64,000 bases of DNA from Chloroflexota bacterium. GTDB lineage: Bacteria > Chloroflexota > Dehalococcoidia > JABGRK01. Below are positions 10,745-19,020 of this stretch, piece by piece (position 1 is the stretch's first letter; each line of letters opens with the position of its first letter). The position numbers were made by a program, and so were the translations under genes. Below the pieces are notes generated by a model. The model did no database searches. It saw only the letters and a program-made list of their open reading frames with translations, and was not told where the DNA came from. Location of the stretch: contig JABGRK010000010.1 in the NCBI GenBank assembly GCA_018648325.1, forward strand, positions 8,621 through 72,620, written 5' to 3'.

Positions 10745-11272
10745 CTACCGTTGATACCGGCTAACCACGGCCTTAACCCTGGCCTTAAGCTCGGGTTTGC
10801 TGATTGATTTTCTGAAGTATGCGTCTGCTCCCAATCCAACCGCACGCTCCCATGCATGATCGCTGGGATCAGATCCCATCATAATAACGGGGGTGCCGGT
10901 GAGCTGATGGATTTGAGTACATGTCTCGTGGCTATTGGGTAGTGTTTCTGACAGAAGAACCAGTCCCGGATTTTCATCATCCAGCTTCATCAGTCCTTGA
11001 ATGCAATCCAGCGCAATTATAGTATCAAAGCCCGCATCACCAAGCACAGAAGCAATGCCCTCAAGTGAGGTAACATCGTCGTCTATTATCAAGATCGAGA
11101 TGGACTCAGAGGAACGTTCTGCCTTTTCCCCAAACAAATCAGTATCTTTTCTTGCTTCGTTTTCACGAGCTGATATAAGAAAAGTCAGAAGCTCCTTCCA
11201 ACCCTTCTTTATATCCTGGGTCAAAAGATCAAGCTGCTCTCGAGTTGCATTCTTTTTTACGCTCTCTGACAT
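10745..11272 (-). CDS. Atypical receiver-domain protein
   Basis: ILIIDDD...GADAYFRK receiver fold, but the phospho-acceptor position reads LVLLSETLP; no output domain. Confidence 0.75.
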   Translation of the reverse strand: MSESVKKNATREQLDLLTQDIKKGWKELLTFLISARENEARKDTDLFGEKAERSSESISILIIDDDVTSLEGIASVLGDAGFDTIIALDCIQGLMKLDDENPGLVLLSETLPNSHETCTQIHQLTGTPVIMMGSDPSDHAWERAVGLGADAYFRKSISKPELKARVKAVVSRYQR

Positions 11273-11465
11273 ATCTGCCCTTCTTTAACAATCCTTCAGT
11301 ATTGTAAACCTCAAAAGAGAATATAACAATGGAATTTCGTGGAAATTTGGTAGAAAACGAGTAACAACTTAGTTATCATAACAAAAAGTTATTTGGGAGA
11401 ATATTCGCTGAAATCTGACCAATAGGGTCCTTCAAATATCAAAGCTTACCTGCTAAAATAGCGCC

Positions 11466-12428
11466 ATGCCAGCCAATTTATCAGTACAATACCACGCAGC
11501 CGAAAAGCGCTACAGAGAAGCCAAAGACCCGGATGAAAAGATCGAAGCGCTGGAAGAGATGCTCTCTATCATGCCCAAGCACAAGGGCACCGACCATCTG
11601 CGTGCCGATCTGCGAACAAGAATTGCCAAGCTCACGGCAGAAACGCAGAAAAAAGGCGGTAAGCGCGCCAGCATCTACAACATCCATAAAGAGGGCGCAG
11701 GACAAGTGGCGCTGGTGGGGCTAACCAATGCGGGCAAATCCAGCCTGGTGGCCCTTATGACGCACGCCAACCCCGATATAGGCGACTGGGCCTACACCAC
11801 CAAGATGCCGCTGCCGGGTATGATGGAGTATGAGAACATCAAGATACAGCTATTAGATCTTCCGGCGCTGGACGATCACAGTGCGCATACGTGGATGCCG
11901 GGGGCATTGCGCCGCGCCGACTACCTGATGCTGGTTATCGACCTGAGTCGTGATCCGCTGATCCAGATGCGGGATATAACGGACGAGCTTGCCAAACTGA
12001 GAACAGGCATTGGTAACAGGCCATCGGACTATGGTATCAAACCTGCGATAATCATCGGCAGCAAGTCCGATCACCCCAAGGGCAGGAGCAACTACGATTC
12101 ACTGTGTCGCAAATATAGCGATCAGTTCGAGATAATATCGACTTCCACCGAAAACATGGTCGGGCTGGAAAACCTCAGAAGGCTGGTTTTCAACGCGCTT
12201 AACATCATCAGGGTGTACACCAAGGCCCCCGGGCAGCAGGCGGCGCTGGAAAAACCGGTTATCCTCAAGCAAGGCAGCACGGTGCAGGACGCGGCCAGAC
12301 AACTGCACAAGGACTTTGCCAATGAGCTGAAGTACACCGTTATATGGGGCTCAGGCAAGTACGACAACCAGCGCGTAAAACGGGACCACATACTTGCAGA
12401 CGGCGATGTAGTCGAGTTTCACATTTAG
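11466..12428 (+). CDS. DRG/OBG-family GTPase with TGS domain
   Basis: MPANL start, PKHKGTDHL, GLTNAGKS, YTT, DLP, C-terminal TGS (DHILADGDVVEFH). Confidence 0.9.
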   Translation: MPANLSVQYHAAEKRYREAKDPDEKIEALEEMLSIMPKHKGTDHLRADLRTRIAKLTAETQKKGGKRASIYNIHKEGAGQVALVGLTNAGKSSLVALMTHANPDIGDWAYTTKMPLPGMMEYENIKIQLLDLPALDDHSAHTWMPGALRRADYLMLVIDLSRDPLIQMRDITDELAKLRTGIGNRPSDYGIKPAIIIGSKSDHPKGRSNYDSLCRKYSDQFEIISTSTENMVGLENLRRLVFNALNIIRVYTKAPGQQAALEKPVILKQGSTVQDAARQLHKDFANELKYTVIWGSGKYDNQRVKRDHILADGDVVEFHI

Positions 12429-12573
12429 GTCTGCTTAGACAGCCTCAAACTATATACATTCCACGAAAATTTGGATGTTTATCCACGCATGAGTATGATT
12501 GCTCCATCCTATTCGCATTTTTAAGTTTGATAGCCAATAGTAGATATAACCAATCACCATTATTTCTCAGCAT

Positions 12574-12647
12574 TATGACTCAAATCATAGACGATAATGA
12601 GGGAAAATATTATTGTTGATATAACAACAGAAAACACAGAGTATAAT
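12574..12647 (+). promoter_or_regulatory. Promoter with CRP/FNR-like palindrome and second inverted repeat
   Basis: TATGA-N6-TCATA 12574-12589; TGTTG-N6-CAACA 12614-12629; TATAAT 12642-12647. Confidence 0.45.
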
Positions 12648-12676
12648 GGCAAGCTAATTGAGATGGAGGTAACAAA

Positions 12677-12898
12677 ATGATTGAACTGGATTTGCGACCA
12701 CTAATACCGCCCGAAAGACATAAACTAATCTTTGAAAACTGGAATGATTTAAAACCAGGCCAGACATTAAAGATTATTAACGATCATGATCCAAAACCGC
12801 TGTACTATCTATTTCAGGCTGAGTATGCAAATCAGTATGAATGGGAATACGAACTGGAAGGACCAATAGACTGGGCAGTAAAGATAAAAAAACTTTAA
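12677..12898 (+). CDS. DUF2249 domain protein
   Basis: LDLRPLIPPERH..IINDHDPKPLYY..YELEGPIDW pattern; GGAGG SD. Confidence 0.85.
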   Translation: MIELDLRPLIPPERHKLIFENWNDLKPGQTLKIINDHDPKPLYYLFQAEYANQYEWEYELEGPIDWAVKIKKL

Positions 12899-12959
12899 AA
12901 GGTAAAGATATTCCAACCGACAGGAAAGCCGTAGAGATGGCTGAAAAGCGAGGTTAATT

Positions 12960-13757
12960 ATGGAGCAATATCTAAATAAAAACATTAAAGAAGTGATAGA
13001 CTTGTTCCCGGCGATAGGAGATATTCTTAGTGAATATGATGTAGGCTGTTCCACATGTCATGTCGGAACTTGCTTACTAAAAGATATCATAGATATTCAC
13101 AATCTTACGGCTAAGAACGAGAAAGAACTAATGGCCAAAATTGCTAAAGTAATCTACCCCGATCGGGAAGTAGAAGCCCTCGATCTAGTGAGTAAAAGTG
13201 GATCCGGCCCTAAGGAAATAAGCTATTCTGCGCCCATGCAAAAACTGGTCGATGAGCATGTTTTAATAAAAAGGTTGATCGCTATAATCCCAAAGCTCAT
13301 CGATAATTTGGATGTTGAGTCCCCAGAGGGAAGGCAACTCATTATTAACAGCATCGATTTTATCAGGTCCTATGCCGACAAATATCATCATGCTAAAGAA
13401 GAGGATATACTCTTTAAATATTTTGATGAGAGCACAGCTATTCTCCAGGTCATGCACGAGGATCACCGGAATGCGAGAGCACATGTAAAGGCTATTGTTG
13501 AGGCATTGGACAGTAGAGATAAAAAGGCAATCGCCGAGCATCTCAATGCGTATCAGGCAATACTGAGCGAACACATAAAGAAAGAGGATGAAATACTATA
13601 TCCGTGGATGGACAGAAATTTATCCTACTCACAGATAGGAAAGCTGTTTTCTGACTTTAACACCAAAGAGGTAGAGTTCGAGGATATTCCCACAAGGTCG
13701 GAAACTTTTATCAAAGGATTAGAGGTAATATACAAACCACCTGTGGTTGTAAAATAA
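12960..13757 (+). CDS. Hemerythrin-domain protein with Cys-containing N-terminal (DUF1858/ScdA-like) domain
   Basis: EH..HHAKEEDILF..MHEDH..EHIKKEDEILYP hemerythrin motifs; GCSTCHVGTC. Confidence 0.85.
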   Translation: MEQYLNKNIKEVIDLFPAIGDILSEYDVGCSTCHVGTCLLKDIIDIHNLTAKNEKELMAKIAKVIYPDREVEALDLVSKSGSGPKEISYSAPMQKLVDEHVLIKRLIAIIPKLIDNLDVESPEGRQLIINSIDFIRSYADKYHHAKEEDILFKYFDESTAILQVMHEDHRNARAHVKAIVEALDSRDKKAIAEHLNAYQAILSEHIKKEDEILYPWMDRNLSYSQIGKLFSDFNTKEVEFEDIPTRSETFIKGLEVIYKPPVVVK

Positions 13758-13779
13758 CGAAGTTTAAGGATTATTATAA

Positions 13780-14244
13780 ATGAGAGAATTCAATGAAGCT
13801 GACCGCAAAAAAAAGAAGGCAAGGATTCAGATACAGGAAAATCCTGACAACCTTTCCAGGCAAGCACTTGCGCAACTGGAGGACAAGGTAAAGGACTCAT
13901 TGAAAAACGGATATTTATCCTGCCCCACGGCATGGAAAATTGCCAAAGATTTAAGTGTCTCCAAAATAGCCGTAGGGGAAGTTGTGGATAGACTGAGCAT
14001 ACGCATAGAGAATTGTCAGATCGGATTTTTTAAAGTAGCAAAGACTCCCTATGATAATACGGATCACAAAAGCGTTGATGGTGAATTTATCACCGCGCTT
14101 GAAACGCTGGCAGAAAATAAACAACTTACCTGCATGAAAATTTTTGAGTTGTCTGGGCAATTTAAGTTAAAGCCGATGACTATTGCGAACGAGGCGAACG
14201 TTCGGGACCTAAAAATTCGCGAGTGCCAACTGGGGTGTTTCTAA
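13780..14244 (+). CDS. Hypothetical protein with internally duplicated Cys-containing domain
   Basis: Two similar halves: LSCPTAWKIA..RIENCQIGFF and LTCMKIFELS..KIRECQLGCF. Confidence 0.75.
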   Translation: MREFNEADRKKKKARIQIQENPDNLSRQALAQLEDKVKDSLKNGYLSCPTAWKIAKDLSVSKIAVGEVVDRLSIRIENCQIGFFKVAKTPYDNTDHKSVDGEFITALETLAENKQLTCMKIFELSGQFKLKPMTIANEANVRDLKIRECQLGCF

Positions 14245-14256
14245 CCAGCGCAGGAA

Positions 14257-14281
14257 TGGTAGCGCATACGGGATTTGAACC
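14257..14281 (-). mobile_element. tRNA 3'-end fragment (tRNA-Glu-like), att-site scar
   Basis: Minus strand GGTTCAAATCCCGTATGCGCTACCA = T-loop, 3' T-stem, acceptor strand and CCA; no D or anticodon arm. Confidence 0.7.
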
Positions 14282-14293
14282 TACAATCTAAAA

Positions 14294-15055
14294 TCAAGCG
14301 ATAGACAACCCAAACAACTGCTTTGCGTTAGCAGTGGTTCTATCGGCAACCTGTTGATGATCAAGCTCTTTCAGTTCACAAACAGCATTCAGCACCCTTA
14401 CCGTATCGGCGGGCATTGCCTGATGATCCTGATAATGAACGGGGGTGTCCGTCTCAAGCAACAGGTGATCAAGCGGCATGTCCTTTACCGCGCGTTTGTG
14501 TTCATAGTGATACTCTGCAGCAAGGCAGGCAGATAGGTGATAGCCACCCTCAACAATGCCACGCAACACACTTGACGGGCCGGTGTACCAGTGGAACACC
14601 GCCTTGGTCGCACCCGCGTCTGACACAAGTGCAAGGCAGTCCTTCCAGGCATAGCGCGAGTGGATAGAAAGCGGCTTATCATGCTTTACAGCTATATCTA
14701 TCATGGCCGCAAACACTTCTTTCTGCTGATCCTTGCTTGCCCGGGTTACCAGTTGCTTTTTATAGTCGAGGCCGACCTCGCCCACGCAGACGGCGCTATC
14801 TATATTGTCAGCAACGAACTGTATCTCGCGATCGAGGTTGTCTGACGCGTCGGGGATGGTCCACGGGTAAACGCCGATGGCTGCATAAACGTAGTTTTTG
14901 TACTTTGACGCCAACTCCAAGACAACGTTGTTGGACGCATAATCCAGTCCACATGCAATCAATGCAACAACGCCTGCATCCTGCGACTTACTTATGACCG
15001 AATCAATGTCATCCAGTTCATCCAGATGACAGTGCGTATCAATAACCTTATACAT
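14294..15055 (-). CDS. tatD: TatD family nuclease
   Basis: IDTHCHLD, GEVGLDY, IHSR, FHWY, LLETDTP. Confidence 0.93.
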   Translation of the reverse strand: MYKVIDTHCHLDELDDIDSVISKSQDAGVVALIACGLDYASNNVVLELASKYKNYVYAAIGVYPWTIPDASDNLDREIQFVADNIDSAVCVGEVGLDYKKQLVTRASKDQQKEVFAAMIDIAVKHDKPLSIHSRYAWKDCLALVSDAGATKAVFHWYTGPSSVLRGIVEGGYHLSACLAAEYHYEHKRAVKDMPLDHLLLETDTPVHYQDHQAMPADTVRVLNAVCELKELDHQQVADRTTANAKQLFGLSIA

Positions 15056-15168
15056 AGTATTCTTCCTTGCATCCTATGATATATCAAATAATCTCAAATG
15101 CAAAGCCAGAGTAAGTGCCTATGGCAAACCGCGTTCAAACAGTCTAAAATAGAAAACAGGAAGCAGTT

Positions 15169-15873
15169 ATGACCGAAGATGACGAAAGAATAGAATACGC
15201 AATAAGCAACACTGTTGTTTTGAGGATGCCCAAGCAGACACTATCTACCTTCGGCACGACCAATATCCACTACTACCTGCTAACCAAACCCGTCTACACC
15301 GATCTGATGGGCAAAGGCGAGGCCGCAGATGAAACCGTTGTCAGGGAGGGCAGGGTTATAACAGAGCGGCCCAAGGTGATAACACCCAGCTATCTGATCA
15401 ACCTGGAGGGTTTTTCCAAATACGCCCGAAAGTACCTTGAATCACTGGCCGAGAAGTACGGCTCAAATGCGCCGGGCATTTTCTACAGCTACAAAAACGA
15501 ACCCAAGGACACCTCGGTGGTATCTTCGCCAATGAAAACAGTGATCGAAAGAATCAACAAGGAAATAGATTCTAATAATGACCAGCTTTCCACCATTATC
15601 AAAGGAGTGGATGATATGTGGGATGTATCGGTGATGAAGTTTATCTACGAAGTAACCGAAAGCTCCGTAGGCAAACACATGAGCGAGATGGGATCACAGG
15701 GACTTTTCGATATCGACAGATTGGGTGTTCCTGCCGGCGCAAGGCAAAGGATTGAGGAAATGTTTGCTATAGTACAAAGGGGTGAGATGGAACCAACTGA
15801 TCTAAAGCTGGAGCTTGACAGGTGGGGCCTTTTTGGTCAGTACGAAGATCGTTTTCTATCGCTGTTCAGGTAA
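15169..15873 (+). CDS. Hypothetical protein
   Basis: 234-aa ORF with AGGA SD; no motif I can assign a function to. Confidence 0.75.
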   Translation: MTEDDERIEYAISNTVVLRMPKQTLSTFGTTNIHYYLLTKPVYTDLMGKGEAADETVVREGRVITERPKVITPSYLINLEGFSKYARKYLESLAEKYGSNAPGIFYSYKNEPKDTSVVSSPMKTVIERINKEIDSNNDQLSTIIKGVDDMWDVSVMKFIYEVTESSVGKHMSEMGSQGLFDIDRLGVPAGARQRIEEMFAIVQRGEMEPTDLKLELDRWGLFGQYEDRFLSLFR

Positions 15874-15879
15874 TTAACC

Positions 15880-16527
15880 TTAAGTTTTGTGCGGCACCAG
15901 CGCACCCACAGGACACACACTCACGCAATCAAGGCAACCCTTACACTCTGAATCAACCAGTGGAACGCCACCCAGCGTACTGATTACCGTATCAATGCCG
16001 CGGAAGGCAAACTGAAGCTCCCCTGCACCCATCTTTTCACAGGCCCACACACATTTGCCACACAACACACACTTATTAGGATCATAGGTAAATAGCGGAT
16101 GGCTGTCGTCTATGGGCAACATGCGTACTATGGACGGCAGACGTTTGGATTTTAGTTTAAACTTAAGTTTGGCAGAAATATCCTGCAAGGCACACGATTT
16201 GTTTTTTGAGCAATTGGCGCAATCAACATTATGATTGGACATGAGCAACTCGAAGGCGGTGTGGCGAATACGGTCGATACGCTCGCTGTCCGTTGTAACC
16301 ACCATACCCTCAGCCACAGGCTCACTGCATGCGGTAACAGGTTTGTCGCGACCTTCGATTTCCACGAAACACAAGCGGCAGCCGGTTTGCGGGTGTTCTT
16401 TTTCTTTGATAGCGCACAGGTTAGGTATGAATATGTCGGAGTCCAGAGCGGCCCACAGAATCATATCGCCGGGTTTGGCTTCGACTTTCTGGCCATCAAT
16501 TGTTAGCTTAACTTTTTTTTGTGCCAT
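15880..16527 (-). CDS. NuoG-N/HoxU/HymC-like Fe-S subunit without catalytic domain
   Basis: Start MAQKKVKLTIDGQ; 2Fe-2S (IPNLC..GCRLC..TAC), HNVDCANC..SC, and two 4Fe-4S motifs; only 215 aa. Confidence 0.88.
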   Translation of the reverse strand: MAQKKVKLTIDGQKVEAKPGDMILWAALDSDIFIPNLCAIKEKEHPQTGCRLCFVEIEGRDKPVTACSEPVAEGMVVTTDSERIDRIRHTAFELLMSNHNVDCANCSKNKSCALQDISAKLKFKLKSKRLPSIVRMLPIDDSHPLFTYDPNKCVLCGKCVWACEKMGAGELQFAFRGIDTVISTLGGVPLVDSECKGCLDCVSVCPVGALVPHKT

Positions 16528-18434
16528 TATTTCTTTGCCTTTTCCGGTCTTTTTTCTGTTTCCGGTACGGAGCTTGCCGGTGACATCCTGATTATCGCAT
16601 TGTACTCGGGTGGGCAGGCCGCCACGCAGGTATCGCATTTAACGCATTTGTCCTGATCGACAACCTTTATCCGCTTTTTACCGCTGAAGATGGCCTCGGC
16701 AGTACATACGCCAACGCAGGCATCACAGCTTCTTTCACACTTATCTGGGAGGATATAGTAGGCAATAAGGTTCTTGCATTGCAGCGCAGGACAGCGTTTT
16801 TCTATAATGTGCGCCTCGTACTCATCATGGAAATAACGAAGCGTGGTAAGAACGGGATTGGGTGCCGTTTTGCCCAAGGCACAGAGCGAGCCTTCCTCTA
16901 TATCCTCGGCCAGATCGGTAAGCAATTCCAGATATTCCATTTTGCCATTGCCATTAACGATTTCCTGAAGCATATCCAGCATATGCTTTGTACCAAGGCG
17001 GCACATAGTGCACTTGCCACATGACTCCTTTTGAGTAAAGTCAAGGAAGTAGCGCGCTGCCTCCACCATGCAATTATCTTCATCCAGCACCACCATGCCG
17101 CCGGAACCGAATATTGCCCCCGCCTCTTTTAAAGAATCGAAGTCTACGGGCAAATCCAGCGCGCTTTCAGGCAAACATCCACCCGACGGACCGCCTATCT
17201 GCACCGCTTTGAATTTCTTGTGGTGCGGTACTCCGCCGCCGACATCATTTATAACGTTGCGCAGTGTAGTGCCCATGGGCACCTCGACAAGGCCGGTATT
17301 AACCACCTTGCCCGCCAGCGCAAAAACGGCCGTACCCTTGCTGCTCTCAGTGCCAATTGCACTGAACCAGTCTGCACCATTTTCTATGATGAGCGGAACG
17401 GTGGCAAAGGTTTTAACATTGTTTACTACCGTGGGCATTCCGAATAGTCCCTCCGTGGCCGGATATGGCGGGCGATTGTGCGGCATGCCCCTTTTGCCCT
17501 CGATAGAAGCGATTAAAGCGGTTTCCTCTCCACAGACAAAAGCGCCGGAGCCACGGAAAACCTCTATTTCAAAATTGAACTTGGAACCCATTATACTTTG
17601 CCCCAGAAAGCCCATATCCTTGGCCTGATCTATGGCATGCTGTACGGTCTCAACCGCCAGCGGATACTCGGCACGCACATACACATAACCCTGCGCAGCA
17701 CCAACAGCGTAGGCAGCAATAATCATGCCCTCTATTACCGAATGAGGATCGCTCTCCAGAACGGCCCTGTCCATAAAAGCGCCAGGGTCTCCCTCATCAG
17801 CGTTACATATGACGTAGGTAGACTTACCACCAGCGTTTTTGGTTATCTCCCACTTCTGGCCGGTGCTAAAGCCTCCGCCGCCTCTACCTCTCAGGCCAGA
17901 CTTTTTGATCTGGTCTATTACATCCTCTTGAGTCATTTTGAAGATCGACTCCAGCGCAGCGTAGCCGCCGTTTACAATGTAATGATTTATATTCTGGGGA
18001 TCTATATCGCCGCAGTTGCGCAATATCAGCCGATTCTCGTACTCAAAGCGGGGCATATCGTATATGGTGGGGATCAACTCGTTTTCCTCAAGAGCGCCCA
18101 GGGCAAACTCAAGACAGGGGTCGTCTTTGAGCAGACAATTGTCCACCAGTACCGATGCCATGCCGGTAGTAACATAACCATAGATGATGGCAGGCGAGCC
18201 GGGCTTGGAAATTATCACCAACGGCTCAGCATAGCAATGCCCCATGCACCCCACCTGAGCGATTTCAGCATCAATGCCGCGCTGCTCTATCTTCTGCATA
18301 AGTGTATCCAGCACATCAATAGCACCGGCTGCACGTCCGCATGTAGCAGTACCCACAAGAATATGGGTTTTCTGATTATTCCTAAACCGCTCCCAATCGG
18401 CTACGGCCTCACTCTTTATCTTGGGAAAGTCCAT
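16527..18434 (-). CDS. NuoF/HydB-like NADH- and FMN-binding subunit
   Basis: GLRGRGGGGF, CNADEGDPGAFMD, GAFVCGEETAL, SCGKCTMCR, N-terminal thioredoxin-like domain, C-terminal 2x4Fe-4S. Confidence 0.95.
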   Translation of the reverse strand: MDFPKIKSEAVADWERFRNNQKTHILVGTATCGRAAGAIDVLDTLMQKIEQRGIDAEIAQVGCMGHCYAEPLVIISKPGSPAIIYGYVTTGMASVLVDNCLLKDDPCLEFALGALEENELIPTIYDMPRFEYENRLILRNCGDIDPQNINHYIVNGGYAALESIFKMTQEDVIDQIKKSGLRGRGGGGFSTGQKWEITKNAGGKSTYVICNADEGDPGAFMDRAVLESDPHSVIEGMIIAAYAVGAAQGYVYVRAEYPLAVETVQHAIDQAKDMGFLGQSIMGSKFNFEIEVFRGSGAFVCGEETALIASIEGKRGMPHNRPPYPATEGLFGMPTVVNNVKTFATVPLIIENGADWFSAIGTESSKGTAVFALAGKVVNTGLVEVPMGTTLRNVINDVGGGVPHHKKFKAVQIGGPSGGCLPESALDLPVDFDSLKEAGAIFGSGGMVVLDEDNCMVEAARYFLDFTQKESCGKCTMCRLGTKHMLDMLQEIVNGNGKMEYLELLTDLAEDIEEGSLCALGKTAPNPVLTTLRYFHDEYEAHIIEKRCPALQCKNLIAYYILPDKCERSCDACVGVCTAEAIFSGKKRIKVVDQDKCVKCDTCVAACPPEYNAIIRMSPASSVPETEKRPEKAKK

Positions 18435-18909
18435 GCTTATCCTCACGCTTAATCGCGTCTACTATACCCCGAATCCTGGTAGGAGTTACTTGCCCATGCA
18501 CGGCTTCATCTACCACCGCCACCGGAGCCATGGCACAACAGCCAACACAGGCAACACGCTCAAGGTCAAACTGCCTGTCCTCGGTCACTTCCCCGACTTT
18601 TATACCCAGCTCCCGCTCCCAGGCCTCCGAAATAAGCTCGCCGCTTTTCATATGGCAGGCGGTACCCAGACAAACCTTGACCGGATGTTTGCCGGGGGGA
18701 ATCATGCGGAACTGGTTGTAGAAGGTGACAACACCATATACGGCGCTGGGCGTTATATCGAAAAAGCCGGCAACTTCAACCATAGCCTCCATTGGCAGGT
18801 ATTGCAGCTTGTCCTGCACATCCTGAAGGATAGGGATCATATTTTTGCGCTCACGCTTGTACTTTTTGAGTATCGGAGCTATCTGCTGTTTGATCGATTT
18901 TTCTTCCAT
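18409..18909 (-). CDS. NuoE/HydC-like 2Fe-2S subunit
   Basis: VVTFYNQF, VCLGTACH, ACVGCCAMAP. Confidence 0.93.
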   Translation of the reverse strand: MEEKSIKQQIAPILKKYKRERKNMIPILQDVQDKLQYLPMEAMVEVAGFFDITPSAVYGVVTFYNQFRMIPPGKHPVKVCLGTACHMKSGELISEAWERELGIKVGEVTEDRQFDLERVACVGCCAMAPVAVVDEAVHGQVTPTRIRGIVDAIKREDKHGLSQDKE

Positions 18910-18919
18910 CTCAAGATTC

Positions 18920-18947
18920 ATTATACCTTAAATACGAAAAGTCTCAA
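18920..18947 (-). promoter_or_regulatory. Sigma70-type promoter of the nuoEFG-like operon
   Basis: TTGAGA-N16-TATAAT, 10 nt before ATG 18909. Confidence 0.6.
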
Positions 18948-18966
18948 AACCAGTTTGTGAACTAAC

Positions 18967-18994
18967 AAAAAAGGCAGGCCGTTTAAAGCCTGCC
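18967..18994 (-). terminator. Intrinsic terminator after decarboxylase beta gene
   Basis: GGCAGGC/GCCTGCC stem followed by T6 on minus strand. Confidence 0.75.
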
Positions 18995-19020
18995 CAAATA
19001 TCTGTTTTAACCTTTGTATA

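Noticed and set aside
11362-11393. TAAC-N5/6-GTTA inverted repeats in the divergent region
   Set aside because: Short, AT-rich, inconsistent spacing; cannot be distinguished from chance
17598-18452. 284-aa plus-strand ORF, and similar long antisense ORFs (e.g. 47371-48021, 26452-27057)
   Set aside because: Shadow frames opposite well-supported genes, with no recognisable motifs
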